DNA of 64,000 nucleotides from Deltaproteobacteria bacterium (lineage in GTDB: Bacteria > Myxococcota > Kuafuiibacteriia > Kuafuiibacteriales > Kuafuiibacteriaceae), in contig JAVJQW010000067.1 of assembly GCA_040218735.1 (NCBI GenBank), positions 128,001 to 192,000 on the forward strand, written 5' to 3'. The number at the start of each line of letters is the position of its first letter. Position 1 is the first letter of the stretch. The notes under the pieces were generated by a model. It did not search any database, had not been told where the DNA came from, and saw only the letters and a program-made list of their open reading frames with translations. The position numbers were made by a program, and so were the translations under genes. This document shows positions 20,541 through 31,007 of this stretch, in pieces.

Positions 20541-20921
20541 ATGGCTCGCCTGTCTCGCTGGTACCTGGTCGCGACGCTCGCGTTGGCGGTCGGGGCGCCG
20601 GCCACGCTCTCGTTCGAGTCCGACGCCGTCGCCGCGCAAAAGAAGCGGCGCGGCAAGAAGCGCCGACGCGCCAAGGCCAAGCGTCCCACGAAGGCGCCTC
20701 CGCCTCCGCCGCCCGCGCCCGCGCCGGTCTCGGACGTCGTCCCGAACACCCAGTTCCGCGGGCCGACGCGCATCGACTTCGACGATCGCCTCATCCAAGG
20801 GCAGACCAACAAGAGCGGCGCGGTCTACCTGTTCGACCGCAAGGAGACAGGCATCTCCAGCATGGTCAAGCGCCGCAAGTCGTTCCGTCATCTGACGATC
20901 CGAACGGTCTACGACCGATGA
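20541..20921 (+). CDS. Small exported protein, GltF/CglF-like
   Basis: Signal peptide, basic/Pro-rich linker, C-terminal RIDFDDRLIQGQTNKSGAVYLFDRK...RKSF resembling the CglF motif. Alternative GTG start at 20538. Confidence 0.7.
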   Translation: MARLSRWYLVATLALAVGAPATLSFESDAVAAQKKRRGKKRRRAKAKRPTKAPPPPPPAPAPVSDVVPNTQFRGPTRIDFDDRLIQGQTNKSGAVYLFDRKETGISSMVKRRKSFRHLTIRTVYDR

Positions 20922-23383
20922 GCAGCGCCTCGGTTCTCCAGGTCTTCGTCTTCCGCGACGGCGAGTACGTCGGGAGCGAGGTCTTCGTCGAGCCGGAGAT
21001 CATGGTCGGTCGCGGCCAGGACGTCGACCTTTACCTCGACGACGAGATGGTGGCGCCGAGCCACGCGATCCTCACGCACGAAAACGAACAAGCGACGGTC
21101 CTGGACCTCGGCGCGCCCGGCGGCGTGCAGGTCAACCGCGCGCCCATCCAACACAGCTATGTGACGCCGCGCGACGAGATCCGCATCGGGCGCCACACGC
21201 TCAAGATCAAGTTCGCCGCAGCGAAGCGCTCGCTGCGCCCCGCGCCCGCGCCGCAACCCTCCGCGCCACCGTCGCAGCAACACTTCGCCGACGACCTGCA
21301 CACCGAGGTGTTCGACTCGCAGTCGCAGCGCTCGCCCGTGCAGCGCAACGTGCCGACGGACATCGTCCGCGACCGCGCGGCGGAGGCGTCGATCGACGCG
21401 TTGCTCGAGGACGAGCTGAAGGGTGACTTCGACGAGATCACCGCTTCGATCGCGATCTCCGGCTCGGACGTCGTCTCGGCGTCGAACCTGCGCACGCCCG
21501 ACGCGCCGGCGAAGCCGTACGAGGACCAAGAGACCGTCGCATTCGACAGCGGCGCGCCGCGCGGTCACACGCAGCCCCCGCGTCGGCAGCGCGCGGAGGC
21601 CGTGGAGGACGTCGCCGAGCTGAACAGCGCCCTCGACAGCGCGTTCGTCAGCGACGCCTTCGAGCGCCCCGCCTCGCGCGCCCCCTCGCCCGTCGCGCCG
21701 TCACGCTCTCAGCCGATCGCACGGATCACGTCGACGCCCGCGCCGTCGCGCCCCGAGGCGCGAGCGAGCTCTCACCCCGACCCCCTCGCGACGCGCTCGT
21801 CACGCCCCTCGCAACCCGAGCCGCAGGCGTCGCACCCCTCGCAGCCCGAGCCGCAGGCGACCGTGCCGTCGCGGCCCGAGCGTGTCGCGCAAGAGGATCC
21901 GGCGGCGGCGTTCTCGGGCCTCGGCGCCGGCCCAGCGCCCGACCCCGTCGACTACGACGGTGAGCTGGACGAAGACGATCTCGACGAGCTCACGCGTCCC
22001 GGTTTCTCGCTCGTGACCACCCTCGTGGAGTCGAGCGGCCAGGTCCCTCAGGGCGACCTCGCGGTGGAGGTCATCGCCTTCGCGCAAGACGAGGTCCGCC
22101 ACACGCGGCTGCTCGAGAAGTCCGGCGATCGCTACGTCCTCGGTAAGGGACGCGCGGGAGACTTCGCGCCGGCGGCCGGTCACACCGGCGTGAAGCTCGC
22201 GCGCAAGTCGGGCGAGCGCGAAGCGATCCTCGAGTTCCCGTCGGACGCCGAGGGCGCGATCGTCGAAGGCAGCCGACGCATCGATCTCGATCAACTCAAG
22301 GTCCCGAAGAACGCGGTCTCCAAGACCGGCAACCTCTTCCACATGGCGCTGCGCCCCGGGATGACCGCGACGTTCCGCATCGGGGACAACGGCTTCCACG
22401 TCCGCTTCGTGGCCCCACCGAAGCTCGCCGCGACCGTGGGCAAGATGCAGATGGACAAGAACGTCCTGTCCGCGATCGGGATGAGCGTCTTCGTCCACCT
22501 CTTCACGTTCATGGTGGTCGGCCTCCTCTCCCCCGGCGTCTCGTACAGCGAGGTGCCACGCGAGCAGTGGGCGGAGATCGAAAAGGACGACCTCCGCGAC
22601 GTCGAGCTCGAAAAACCTCCGGAGCCCGAACCAGAACCGGAGCCCGAGCCCGAGCCGGAGCCCGAACCGATCGACGAGGACTCCGAGCCGGAGCCCGACC
22701 CGGAGCCGGAGCCCAAGAAGGTCGTCAAACGCACCCGCGGCGTCCGCAAGGGGGTGTCGCGCAAAGAGGTCAAGAAGGCCGGCGTCCTCGGCGCGATGGG
22801 CAAGCTGAACCTCAAGGCGCCCGGGCGTAAGAGCATGGTGCAGGCCGTGTCGAACATCGACGCGGTGCGCGCGCCCGGTGGCTCCAACTATCGCGTCGGC
22901 GCGCTCGTCGGGAAGACACCCAGCTCGAAGGTGAGCGTCGGCGGCGGCGGCGGCGGCAAGATGCTCACGCGCGGCAGCGCCGCGCTGCTGAAGGGCGGCA
23001 AGGGCTTCGCGCGCATCGGCAAACGCAGCGGCACGAAGATCCGCGGCAAGGTCGCGAAGGCGCGCAAGTCGCGCCTCAAAGCGCAGGGCAGCATCTCGCG
23101 CGAGGAGGTCCTGAAGGTGATCAACAAACACCTGCGGGAGGTCCAGTACTGCTACGAGAAGACGCTCCTGAAGGACCCCGGCCTCAAAGGCAACCTCACC
23201 TTGGAGTGGGTGATCAAGACCAACGGTCGCGTCGGTCGCGTCAAACAGAAGACGTCCACGCTGCGAAACCCCGCCGTGTCCAGTTGCATCATCAGCAGCA
23301 TCAAGCGCTGGCAGTTCCCGAAGCCGCGCGGCGGTGTCGTCGTCGTGTCGTACCCCTTCATCTTCAGCTCGGTCGGTTACTAG
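20918..23383 (+). CDS. GltG/PglI-like protein: FHA domain, TM, PE-rich linker, AgmX/PglI (TonB-C-like) C-terminal domain
   Basis: FHA-like IMVGRG..D..LDD..V...HA; TM LSAIGMSVFVHLFTFMVVGLL with the TonB-like SxxxH motif; PEPEPE repeat; CYEKTLLKDPGLKG...CI...IKRWQFPKPRGGVVVVSYPFIF. Confidence 0.85.
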   Translation: MSSASVLQVFVFRDGEYVGSEVFVEPEIMVGRGQDVDLYLDDEMVAPSHAILTHENEQATVLDLGAPGGVQVNRAPIQHSYVTPRDEIRIGRHTLKIKFAAAKRSLRPAPAPQPSAPPSQQHFADDLHTEVFDSQSQRSPVQRNVPTDIVRDRAAEASIDALLEDELKGDFDEITASIAISGSDVVSASNLRTPDAPAKPYEDQETVAFDSGAPRGHTQPPRRQRAEAVEDVAELNSALDSAFVSDAFERPASRAPSPVAPSRSQPIARITSTPAPSRPEARASSHPDPLATRSSRPSQPEPQASHPSQPEPQATVPSRPERVAQEDPAAAFSGLGAGPAPDPVDYDGELDEDDLDELTRPGFSLVTTLVESSGQVPQGDLAVEVIAFAQDEVRHTRLLEKSGDRYVLGKGRAGDFAPAAGHTGVKLARKSGEREAILEFPSDAEGAIVEGSRRIDLDQLKVPKNAVSKTGNLFHMALRPGMTATFRIGDNGFHVRFVAPPKLAATVGKMQMDKNVLSAIGMSVFVHLFTFMVVGLLSPGVSYSEVPREQWAEIEKDDLRDVELEKPPEPEPEPEPEPEPEPEPIDEDSEPEPDPEPEPKKVVKRTRGVRKGVSRKEVKKAGVLGAMGKLNLKAPGRKSMVQAVSNIDAVRAPGGSNYRVGALVGKTPSSKVSVGGGGGGKMLTRGSAALLKGGKGFARIGKRSGTKIRGKVAKARKSRLKAQGSISREEVLKVINKHLREVQYCYEKTLLKDPGLKGNLTLEWVIKTNGRVGRVKQKTSTLRNPAVSSCIISSIKRWQFPKPRGGVVVVSYPFIFSSVGY

Positions 23384-23441
23384 TCACGGACTCGCCGCCA
23401 CCCCCTGTCGATTGGCTTGGTTCTCAAGTAGCCTCCGCCTC

Positions 23442-24113
23442 GTGAAGCACGCTCGAATGTTCGGCGTCGTGCTCGTGGCCGCGACCAGCCTGGGTTCGGT
23501 ACACGCGCACGCGGCGGAGGAGCCCGACGATCGTGTCGCGATCCAACGCCGAAAGTTCCTGATGGCGCACGAGCTGCGCTTGTCGTTGGGCAGCATGCCG
23601 CTCGACGCGTTCCAGAAGGGGTGGACCGCGTCGCTGTCGTACACGATGCATCTCAACGAGTACGTCGCGTGGGAGGTCGCGCACGCGACGGTCGCCCTGC
23701 TCTCTTCCACCAACCTGCGCGACACACTCATCGCGACGTTCGCCGTGCCGCCGGAGGACTTCGCCGCGCCGCGCTTCATGCTCACGTCCGGACTCGAGCT
23801 CACGCCGTTCTACGGCAAACAAGCGTTCCTCAACGACGAGATCACGCACCAGGGGCTGTTCATGGGCGCGTACGGCGGCGTGATGTTCGGCGATCGCGGG
23901 TCGTTCGGCGACACACTCGGCGACCTCCGCCCCGCCGCCGGCCTCGGGATCGGGTACCGCATGTTCCTGTCGAAGCTCGTATCGGTGCGCTTCGACGCAC
24001 GCGGGTTCGGCGCGCTCCGTCGCGCAGTTCGTACGAACGAACAGGTCGAGCTGGAGGCGGTGTTGTTCTTGTCGCTGTCCGGCTCCCTCAACCTCTGGAG
24101 GGATGACGCGTGA
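23442..24113 (+). CDS. Outer-membrane beta-barrel protein, GltA/GltB/GltH-like
   Basis: GTG 23442 gives a signal peptide; AIQRRKF...HEL....G.MP.DAF.K; TPFYGK. Confidence 0.8.
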   Translation: MKHARMFGVVLVAATSLGSVHAHAAEEPDDRVAIQRRKFLMAHELRLSLGSMPLDAFQKGWTASLSYTMHLNEYVAWEVAHATVALLSSTNLRDTLIATFAVPPEDFAAPRFMLTSGLELTPFYGKQAFLNDEITHQGLFMGAYGGVMFGDRGSFGDTLGDLRPAAGLGIGYRMFLSKLVSVRFDARGFGALRRAVRTNEQVELEAVLFLSLSGSLNLWRDDA

Positions 24114-24853
24114 GGCGTTCACCGTTGATCGCCACGTTCCTGATCGTCGCCGCGGGTGCTCCTGCGCTTGCGGAGGACGACGAGCTCAACAAGGGCCGGG
24201 TCATCGCCGTGCAGGACCGCGACTTCCGCATGGTGCACGAGTTCACGCTCTCGACGGGTGTGCTTCCGATGGACGCGTTCTACACCGGCTACTCGCTCGG
24301 CGGCTCGTACACGCTGCACTTCTCGGATCTGATCGCTTGGGAAGCGGTCAGCTTCCACTACTCGGCGAACGTCGGCTCCGGTTTGGAGAGCACGCTCGCG
24401 CAGCGCTGGGACGTCGCGCCCACGAACGATCCCGAGATTCAGTACCTGCTCGGCTCGAACCTCACGCTCACGCCGCTGTTCGGAAAGCTCACGTTCTTCA
24501 ACCGCGCAATCCTGCACGCGGGGACGTTCATCTCGGTCGGCGGCGGCGTGGTGCGTTTCACCGACGGCTTCCGCCCGCAGGTGAGCATCGGCCCCGGCGT
24601 CCGGCTGTTCTGGGGGAACGTCGTGTCGACGCGCCTCGAGCTGCGCAACATCATCGCGCCCGACTTCCCGGACGGGCTCGAGTACATCCTGCACGTCATG
24701 CTGTCCGTCTCGTTCAACTTCGGAAAGGTGCGCGCGATCGAGAGCGACGAGGACGTGGTGCGCGACGACGTCGACCCGTTCGCGGTGCTCGACGAGCTGT
24801 ACCCCCTGTCGAAACCCAAACCCACCGAGCAGCGCCGTGAGGAGGAGCCGTGA
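24110..24853 (+). CDS. Second outer-membrane beta-barrel protein, GltA/GltB/GltH-like
   Basis: AVQDRDFRMVHEF....GVLPMDAFY; TPLFGK; paralogous to the upstream gene; GTGA overlap. Confidence 0.8.
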   Translation: MRRSPLIATFLIVAAGAPALAEDDELNKGRVIAVQDRDFRMVHEFTLSTGVLPMDAFYTGYSLGGSYTLHFSDLIAWEAVSFHYSANVGSGLESTLAQRWDVAPTNDPEIQYLLGSNLTLTPLFGKLTFFNRAILHAGTFISVGGGVVRFTDGFRPQVSIGPGVRLFWGNVVSTRLELRNIIAPDFPDGLEYILHVMLSVSFNFGKVRAIESDEDVVRDDVDPFAVLDELYPLSKPKPTEQRREEEP

Positions 24854-26352
24854 TGAAACGTCTCGCGCTCTTGCTCTGGCTCCCCTTGCTCGTCGGCGCC
24901 GCCGCCGAGGACGACGCGTCGCCGCCGCCCGAGGAGGCGCCGCCCGAGGACACCGGGCCGCGCCGTCCGGCTGCGCCGCCGGAGGTCTTCGAAGACGGCC
25001 TCGGTGACTACTACTCGGACGACTTCGTCGGCTCGGCCGCGAAGATGTACGACTACGTGTCGACCAACGAGCCGACCGTCGAGAACTACGAGTGGGCCGA
25101 GTACTTCCTCGGCGTGTCGCTCGAAAACCTCGGCTTCAAACACGCCGCGGCGGAGTACCTGTTCAACGTCGCGAAGAACCGCAGCCGCCCGGAGATCCTC
25201 CCGGACGCGCTGACCCACATCGAGGCGCTCCTCGAAGATCCCCACGACGAACGTCTCCTCGACGACATGCTGATCGTCGAGGGCGACTTCGGCTACCTGC
25301 CGAGCTACGTCTCCGCGTTTGTCTTCTACCACCAGGGCCTCGCAGATCTCCGCGCCGGGCGCCTGCCGTGGGCGGAGCGTCTGTTCGACGAGATCGGCGA
25401 GGACAGCCGCTACTACGCGCGCGCGCTCTACGCGCTCGGCGTTCAGCGCCTGACGAAGAACCGCCTCACCGACGCGGTGAAGTACTTCCGCCGCGCCCTC
25501 GCGCACCCGGCGGCGGACCGCGTGTTGAGGAACGAAGCGCGCCTCGCCCTCGCGCGTGTGCTCTACGAGAAGGAGGCCTACAAGGCGGCGCTCGCGATGT
25601 ACGAGCAGGTCGAGGTCCCGGAGCTGTCGATCGCCGAGGCGTCGCTGTACCTGGAGAAGGCGTGGACGAGCTACTGGCTGCGCGACTACCGGCAGACGAT
25701 GGGCATCCTCTACGCGCTGGAGGCCCCGAGCTACCGCGACTACTTCGCGCCGGAGAAGTACCTGCTGCGCGCGCTCGTCTACAAGGACCTCTGCCACTAC
25801 ATCCCCGCGAAGCGTGAGATTCGGCGCTTCCGTTTCCGTCACGCGGAGACGCTCGAGAACATCCGCGAGCGCATCGACCTGCGCGAAGACGACGTCCTGC
25901 GCACCGCTGCGCTCGGGCGCGGGCAGCTCGGACGCATCGCGGCCTTCCGGCGTATGATCGCCGACGAAGCGGATCGCATCGACACGATCGGCGGCACGTG
26001 GGTGGAGGTCGACCTCGACGATCACCTCCGCGAGATCTACGCGCTGAAGGCCGAGCAGACGGACCTCAAGCTCGACGCCGCGCTCCGTCGCAAGACGCGC
26101 GACATCGCCGAGGAGCTCGTGGAGTTCGAGGAGCAGATGTACCTGCTCGACTACGAGGTCGGCCTCGCGATCTACCGCCGGCTCCGCAAGGAGGACGCGC
26201 GCCGCCCGACCGAGGAGGACGACCTCACGATCCCCCTCGCCGGCAACCAGGCGTTCTACGCGTTCGACGAGGAGTTCTGGAACGACGAGCTGCCCGACTA
26301 CGACTTCTTCGTCGAGAACCGCTGCTTCGACGAACGAGGAGGTGAGCTGTGA
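24850..26352 (+). CDS. GltC-like periplasmic TPR protein
   Basis: Signal peptide, TPR helices, LEKAW, C-terminal YAFDEEFWNDEL.DY.F..ENRC resembling the GltC end motif. GTG 24850 or ATG 24853. Confidence 0.75.
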   Translation: MMKRLALLLWLPLLVGAAAEDDASPPPEEAPPEDTGPRRPAAPPEVFEDGLGDYYSDDFVGSAAKMYDYVSTNEPTVENYEWAEYFLGVSLENLGFKHAAAEYLFNVAKNRSRPEILPDALTHIEALLEDPHDERLLDDMLIVEGDFGYLPSYVSAFVFYHQGLADLRAGRLPWAERLFDEIGEDSRYYARALYALGVQRLTKNRLTDAVKYFRRALAHPAADRVLRNEARLALARVLYEKEAYKAALAMYEQVEVPELSIAEASLYLEKAWTSYWLRDYRQTMGILYALEAPSYRDYFAPEKYLLRALVYKDLCHYIPAKREIRRFRFRHAETLENIRERIDLREDDVLRTAALGRGQLGRIAAFRRMIADEADRIDTIGGTWVEVDLDDHLREIYALKAEQTDLKLDAALRRKTRDIAEELVEFEEQMYLLDYEVGLAIYRRLRKEDARRPTEEDDLTIPLAGNQAFYAFDEEFWNDELPDYDFFVENRCFDERGGEL

Positions 26353-29300
26353 AGCGCCTGGTCGTCCTGTGTTCTCTGCTGCTCGCGTCGCCCGCGCTCG
26401 CGCAGGCGCCCGGCTCGGCCGGGTTCAAGACCGCGTCCGAGCAGCGCGAGGAGCTCATCCAGAAGCTGCGTCGCGACATCGCGAAGGTCGCGCACTCCGT
26501 GGAGGTCACGAAGGAGCTCATCGCCCGCTCGCGCGGCGCTCCGTTCCTCCCGGACATCTACCTGCGCCTCGCCGAGCTGTACGTCGAGCAGGCGCGCTAC
26601 GAGTTCTACCTCGTGCACGAGGAGCGCGGTGAGTCGTCGAAGGGCTCCGCCGTCGCGCCGACCGCAAAGTTGCTCAAGGAGAAGGCGGTCGAGACGTACC
26701 AGCGCATCCTCGCCGACTTCCCGGACTACGAGAACAACGACAAGGTCCTCTTCTTCATCGGCCACGAGTTCCGCGAGCTCGGTCAGTACGAGCGCATGAT
26801 CGCGCAGTACGAAAAGCTCGTGACGAAGTACCCCAAGAGCCCGCTCGTGCTCGACGCGTACCTCGTGCTCGGCGACTACCGCTTCGACAAGCAGGACCTC
26901 GTCGGCGCCAAGCGCTACTACCAGAAGATCCTCGACTCCCCGAACTCGTCCGCGCACGACATGGCGCACTTCAAGATGGCGTGGGTCTACCTCAACGAGG
27001 TCGACTACAAGGAGGCGCTCCGCCACTTCGAATCGGCGGTGAAGAGCGAGAACGATCCCGCGAAGGCCGCCACGCGCCGTGAGCGCGAGCGCCTCGGTAG
27101 CGTGAAGCGCGAGGCCCTCGTCGACCTCGCGTACGCGTACACCGAAGTGAAGAAGCCACAGGGCGCGCTCAAGTACTTCCGGCGCCTCGCGACGTCGCGG
27201 AACATGTACCTGCTCGCGCTCAAGAAGCTGTCGCGTCGCTACTTCGTGAAGCAGGAGTTCAACGCGGCGGCGATGGTGTACCGCGAGATCGCGCGCCTGT
27301 CCTACGCGGCCGAGGAGAACCTCGACTACACGACGCGCATCTACGAAGCCGACAAAAACGCGAAGAACTACCGGCTCGTGCACCGCGACGTCGACGCGAT
27401 GCTGGAGTCGCTCGACGACTACCGTTACGACTGGCGTGTCCCGAACGCGCAGCGAACGGCGGCGGCGACGGACTTCGAGGTGTTCACGCGCGACCTGTCG
27501 ACCAAGGCGCAGGCCTGGGTGCTCCGCGCGAAGAAGCCGCGCTACGGACCGCGCGTCGCGGTGGCGTACACGCGGTACCTGGAGAGCTTCCCGGACAGCG
27601 AGCACAAGAAGGACATCGTCGAGAACCTCGCGGACACCCTCTTCGAGGCGAAGATCTACCTGCGTGCGGGGGACCGTTTCGAGCAGGCGGCGCGCCTCGC
27701 GGAGGGGGATGAGAAGGCCCGGGAGGAGGCGCTGTACAACGCGTGTGTCGCCTTCCACGAGGCGCTCAAGAACGCGCAGAAGATGAAGCGCTTCGACCGC
27801 GTGTGGGCCCAGCAGGGGCTCATCCGCAACGGCGTCGCGTACGTCGAGTCGTTCCCGAGCTCGAAGAAGATCCCGCAGATCAAGCTCAACATCGGGCGCT
27901 CGCACTACGAGGCCGGAGACTTCGAGCGTGCGATCGGCGTCTTCGACGAGTTCATCGCGAGCTACCCGAACCACCCGAGCGCGGTGACGGTCGCCGATCT
28001 GATCCTCGACTCGTACGCCCAGACCCAGGACTTCGCGAAGCTCGCCGAGAAGGCACGCGCCCTCTCCCAGGTGAACGGGCTCGGCGACGGCGCGTTCAAG
28101 AACCGCATGCTCGTCACCGCGAAGCGCGCGGAGGAGCGGCAGATCGGCGAGGTCATCCTGACGGCGTCCGTCGACCGCCCCGCCGGCAGCAGCGCGGGTG
28201 AGCAGCTCAAGCAGTACTGGGAAGCGAACAAGAACTCCCCGGTCGCCGAGAAGACGCTCTACACCGCGTTCGTCCAGTACAAGGAGGCGCGCGACTTCAC
28301 GCGGACGTTCGAGACCGGTAACCAGTTCATCGGCGCGTACCCGCAGTCGCAGTACCTCGGCGACGTCTTCGGGACGCTCGCGAGCTTCACCACGCAGACG
28401 GGTGAGTACGAGCAGGCGTCGGTCTACCTCGAGGAGTTCTACAAGCGCTTCCCGAACGACACGTCGGCGCAGCGGATGCTCGCGCAGGGCGCGCAGATCA
28501 AGAAGCTCATCGGCGACCACCGCGCGGCGATCCAGGCGTACTCCGAGCTGCTCCGCTCGGTGCGCGACCCGGCGCTGCGCTCCGAGTACGCGTCCGAGAT
28601 GCTCGACTCCTACGAGCGGCTCGGCGACTGGGACGGCCTGCAGAAGGCCGCGCGCGACGTGCTCCGCACGGACGCCGACAACGTGAAGGCACACCTGATG
28701 CTCGGCCTCGTCGCGCAGAAGGCGGGCGACCTCGACACCGCGCTCGAAGGTTTCTCGAACGCCGTCCGGGCCGCCGGGCGCACGCCGAGCGAAGCCGTGC
28801 AGGACGACGCCGCGCGCTCGGCGTTCATGATCGGTGACGTCATCTACCGGCAGTTCACGCGCATCAGCGCCGACGGCGACCTGCAGGAGGTCGCGGCCGC
28901 GAAGGCGGAGCTGCTGTCGGAGCTGGAGTCCGCGCTCGTCGACGCCGTCGGTTACAACCAGGGTGAGTGGGCGGTCGCGGCGCTGCACCGCGCGGCGCTC
29001 GCGTACTCCGACTTTGCGTCGTTCCTCGAGAACGCGCCGGTGCCGCAGGGTCTGTCGCCGGACGAGGTCGAGCAGTACCGCCAGCTCCTCGCCGAGCAGG
29101 CCGCGCAGATCCGCGCGCGCGCGGACGAGTTCTTCGACACGTGTGTCACCAAGGCGCGCACGCTGTCGGTGTTCACCGGCGCGATGCTCGGGTGTGTGAA
29201 CCGGACCACCGAGCAGCCGATCCCCTCCGTCTCTCAGGCGGCGCCGCCGCCGCCGAAGCAGAAGAAGGAGGAGCTCAAGCAGGCGCTGACCCAGAACCCG

Positions 29301-29663
29301 AAGGACCTCGACGCGCTCGCCGACCTCGCGGACTACTTCCTCGCCTCGGGCGAGCCCGCCAAGGCCCGGCTGGTGTCCGGGCGCGCGCTCGACATCGACG
29401 AACGTGACGCCCGCTTCCACAACAAGATCGGCATGGCGGACCTCCTCCTCGGACAGCCGCAGGACGCCTTCTTCGGCTTCCAGCGGGCGCGCGACTTCGG
29501 TCACCCCTACGCCGCGGCGAACGAGATCGCGCTGCGCCTGAGCTTCGGGGACGAAAAGGGCGCGCAGCAGGTCGCGGACAAGTCGAACCTCGACGACGTC
29601 CCCGGGGCGGCGCCCGATCTGCACCCCGGCGTCGGTTCCGCGCTCCAGCGCGTCTCGCGGTAA
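26349..29663 (+). CDS. Large periplasmic TPR protein, GltD/AgmU-like, with a possible GltE-like C-terminal TPR module
   Basis: Signal peptide; LRLAELY.E; Y..IL.DFPDY...DKVLF; GDYRFD; FKMAWVYLN; strong RBS GGAGG. Confidence 0.8.
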   Translation: MKRLVVLCSLLLASPALAQAPGSAGFKTASEQREELIQKLRRDIAKVAHSVEVTKELIARSRGAPFLPDIYLRLAELYVEQARYEFYLVHEERGESSKGSAVAPTAKLLKEKAVETYQRILADFPDYENNDKVLFFIGHEFRELGQYERMIAQYEKLVTKYPKSPLVLDAYLVLGDYRFDKQDLVGAKRYYQKILDSPNSSAHDMAHFKMAWVYLNEVDYKEALRHFESAVKSENDPAKAATRRERERLGSVKREALVDLAYAYTEVKKPQGALKYFRRLATSRNMYLLALKKLSRRYFVKQEFNAAAMVYREIARLSYAAEENLDYTTRIYEADKNAKNYRLVHRDVDAMLESLDDYRYDWRVPNAQRTAAATDFEVFTRDLSTKAQAWVLRAKKPRYGPRVAVAYTRYLESFPDSEHKKDIVENLADTLFEAKIYLRAGDRFEQAARLAEGDEKAREEALYNACVAFHEALKNAQKMKRFDRVWAQQGLIRNGVAYVESFPSSKKIPQIKLNIGRSHYEAGDFERAIGVFDEFIASYPNHPSAVTVADLILDSYAQTQDFAKLAEKARALSQVNGLGDGAFKNRMLVTAKRAEERQIGEVILTASVDRPAGSSAGEQLKQYWEANKNSPVAEKTLYTAFVQYKEARDFTRTFETGNQFIGAYPQSQYLGDVFGTLASFTTQTGEYEQASVYLEEFYKRFPNDTSAQRMLAQGAQIKKLIGDHRAAIQAYSELLRSVRDPALRSEYASEMLDSYERLGDWDGLQKAARDVLRTDADNVKAHLMLGLVAQKAGDLDTALEGFSNAVRAAGRTPSEAVQDDAARSAFMIGDVIYRQFTRISADGDLQEVAAAKAELLSELESALVDAVGYNQGEWAVAALHRAALAYSDFASFLENAPVPQGLSPDEVEQYRQLLAEQAAQIRARADEFFDTCVTKARTLSVFTGAMLGCVNRTTEQPIPSVSQAAPPPPKQKKEELKQALTQNPKDLDALADLADYFLASGEPAKARLVSGRALDIDERDARFHNKIGMADLLLGQPQDAFFGFQRARDFGHPYAAANEIALRLSFGDEKGAQQVADKSNLDDVPGAAPDLHPGVGSALQRVSR

Positions 29664-29675
29664 GGTAGAGCGGTC

Positions 29676-31007
29676 ATGCGTTTTCGGATTCTCACCGCGG
29701 CGCTCGCGGCCTTCGCGGCGGCGTGCTCCGGGAGCTCCTCGGACGACGTCGTCGACGCGCGCGACGCCGGCGTCCGCGACCTCGGCCCCCGCCAGACGAC
29801 GATCGAGCAGCTCGACGTCGAGCCGGAGGAGATCGTCGACGGCCTGAACAGCGAGGCGATCTACGGCGACAACGCCGTGATGCGTCAGACCAGCGGCGGT
29901 GACTACGTGATCGCCTACGGCGTCGTGCCGGCCGCGGATCCGAAACAGGAGGTCCACTACGCGACGCGGACCGGCGCGAACACCTGGACGACGGAGCTCG
30001 TGGGTCGCCCGGCCGAGCTGGTGCAGGACGCGCCCGGGACCTTGGTGGGGCTCGGCTTCGATCTCGTGGGGGGCGTGCCGCACATCGTCTACGCGGGCGG
30101 CGACGACGACGACAACATGCTGTCGCCCTTCCCCACCGACCTCGAGCTGAGGACGAAGAACGGCGCGACGTGGTCCTCGCAGATCCTCGTCGACACCAGC
30201 GGCGAAGCGAACGGCACCTGCATCACCGGACAGAACTACTGCAACTTCGGGAACGTCGTCGGCACACACGCGGCGATCAAGGCCAACGGCGGGCAGTACG
30301 CGGTCGTGTACCGCGACACCCACGGCGGCTTCGCGGACCTCGACTTCGGGCAGGCCGACGTCGAGCTGTACATGTCGAACGGGGGGCCTTCGCAGGTCGA
30401 CTCCGAACGGAGCGGCGGGCCGTTCGCGGACGTCGCGTTCAAGAACGACGGCAGCGTGGTCATGGCCTACAACCTGACCCGGCCGGACGAGTTCGAGGAT
30501 CGCGTCGGCGTGTGGGTCGCGTACGGAACGCCCGGAAACTACGAGCTGCGGCGCGTCTCCTCCAGTGAGACCACGTCCCGCACCTCACTCGCGGTCGCGT
30601 CCGACGGGACGATCTACCTCGCGTTCTTCCACCTCGACGCACGCGACCTCGTCCTCGCGACGTCCACCGACGGCGGCGACACCTGGACGTCGGAGGCTAT
30701 CGACGAGAGCGGTGCGACCGGCCTGCACCCGAGCCTTCAGCTCGACGCGCAGGACGAGCCGGTCATCGCGTACACGTACTGCGGTCGAACGAGTAACCGC
30801 GACTGCCCCGGGGAGCTGGGGGGGGACTCCGAGGTCCGGCTCGCGCGCCGCGAGAATGGCGCCTGGCAGCTCTACACGGTCTATGACGGCGGCGGCGCCG
30901 GCGGCGTGGGGCTCTTCAACAGCCTGGTGATCGACGCGGACGGCAAGGTCGCTATCGCGTTCCAGGACGCCACGTTCCGCGACCTCGTCTTCGTGAAGGA
31001 GCGATGA
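29676..31007 (+). CDS. Lipoprotein with beta-propeller/BNR-like repeats
   Basis: Lipobox AAAC; repeats TSLAVASDGTIYLAF, PSLQLDAQDEPVIAY, NSLVIDADGKVAIAF; Asp-box STDGGDTW. Confidence 0.75.
   Translation: MRFRILTAALAAFAAACSGSSSDDVVDARDAGVRDLGPRQTTIEQLDVEPEEIVDGLNSEAIYGDNAVMRQTSGGDYVIAYGVVPAADPKQEVHYATRTGANTWTTELVGRPAELVQDAPGTLVGLGFDLVGGVPHIVYAGGDDDDNMLSPFPTDLELRTKNGATWSSQILVDTSGEANGTCITGQNYCNFGNVVGTHAAIKANGGQYAVVYRDTHGGFADLDFGQADVELYMSNGGPSQVDSERSGGPFADVAFKNDGSVVMAYNLTRPDEFEDRVGVWVAYGTPGNYELRRVSSSETTSRTSLAVASDGTIYLAFFHLDARDLVLATSTDGGDTWTSEAIDESGATGLHPSLQLDAQDEPVIAYTYCGRTSNRDCPGELGGDSEVRLARRENGAWQLYTVYDGGGAGGVGLFNSLVIDADGKVAIAFQDATFRDLVFVKER

Noticed and set aside
22615-22715. GAGCCC/GAGCCG hexamer repeat as a contingency locus
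   Set aside because: It encodes the Pro-Glu periplasm-spanning linker typical of TonB/GltG-like proteins; the unit is a multiple of 3 and degenerate.
20541-29663. Assigning definitive glt gene symbols (the true gliding machinery)
   Set aside because: Gene order and content differ from the gliding clusters as I recall them, and paralogous clusters exist; orthology cannot be set without phylogeny.
26298-30323. 1341-aa minus-strand ORF, and similar long ORFs at 35735..38152, 55920..57965, 50790..52883, 15370..17223 and 413..1648
   Set aside because: Antisense shadows of well-supported genes. Long stop-free opposite frames are expected in high-GC DNA, and the translations have no motifs.
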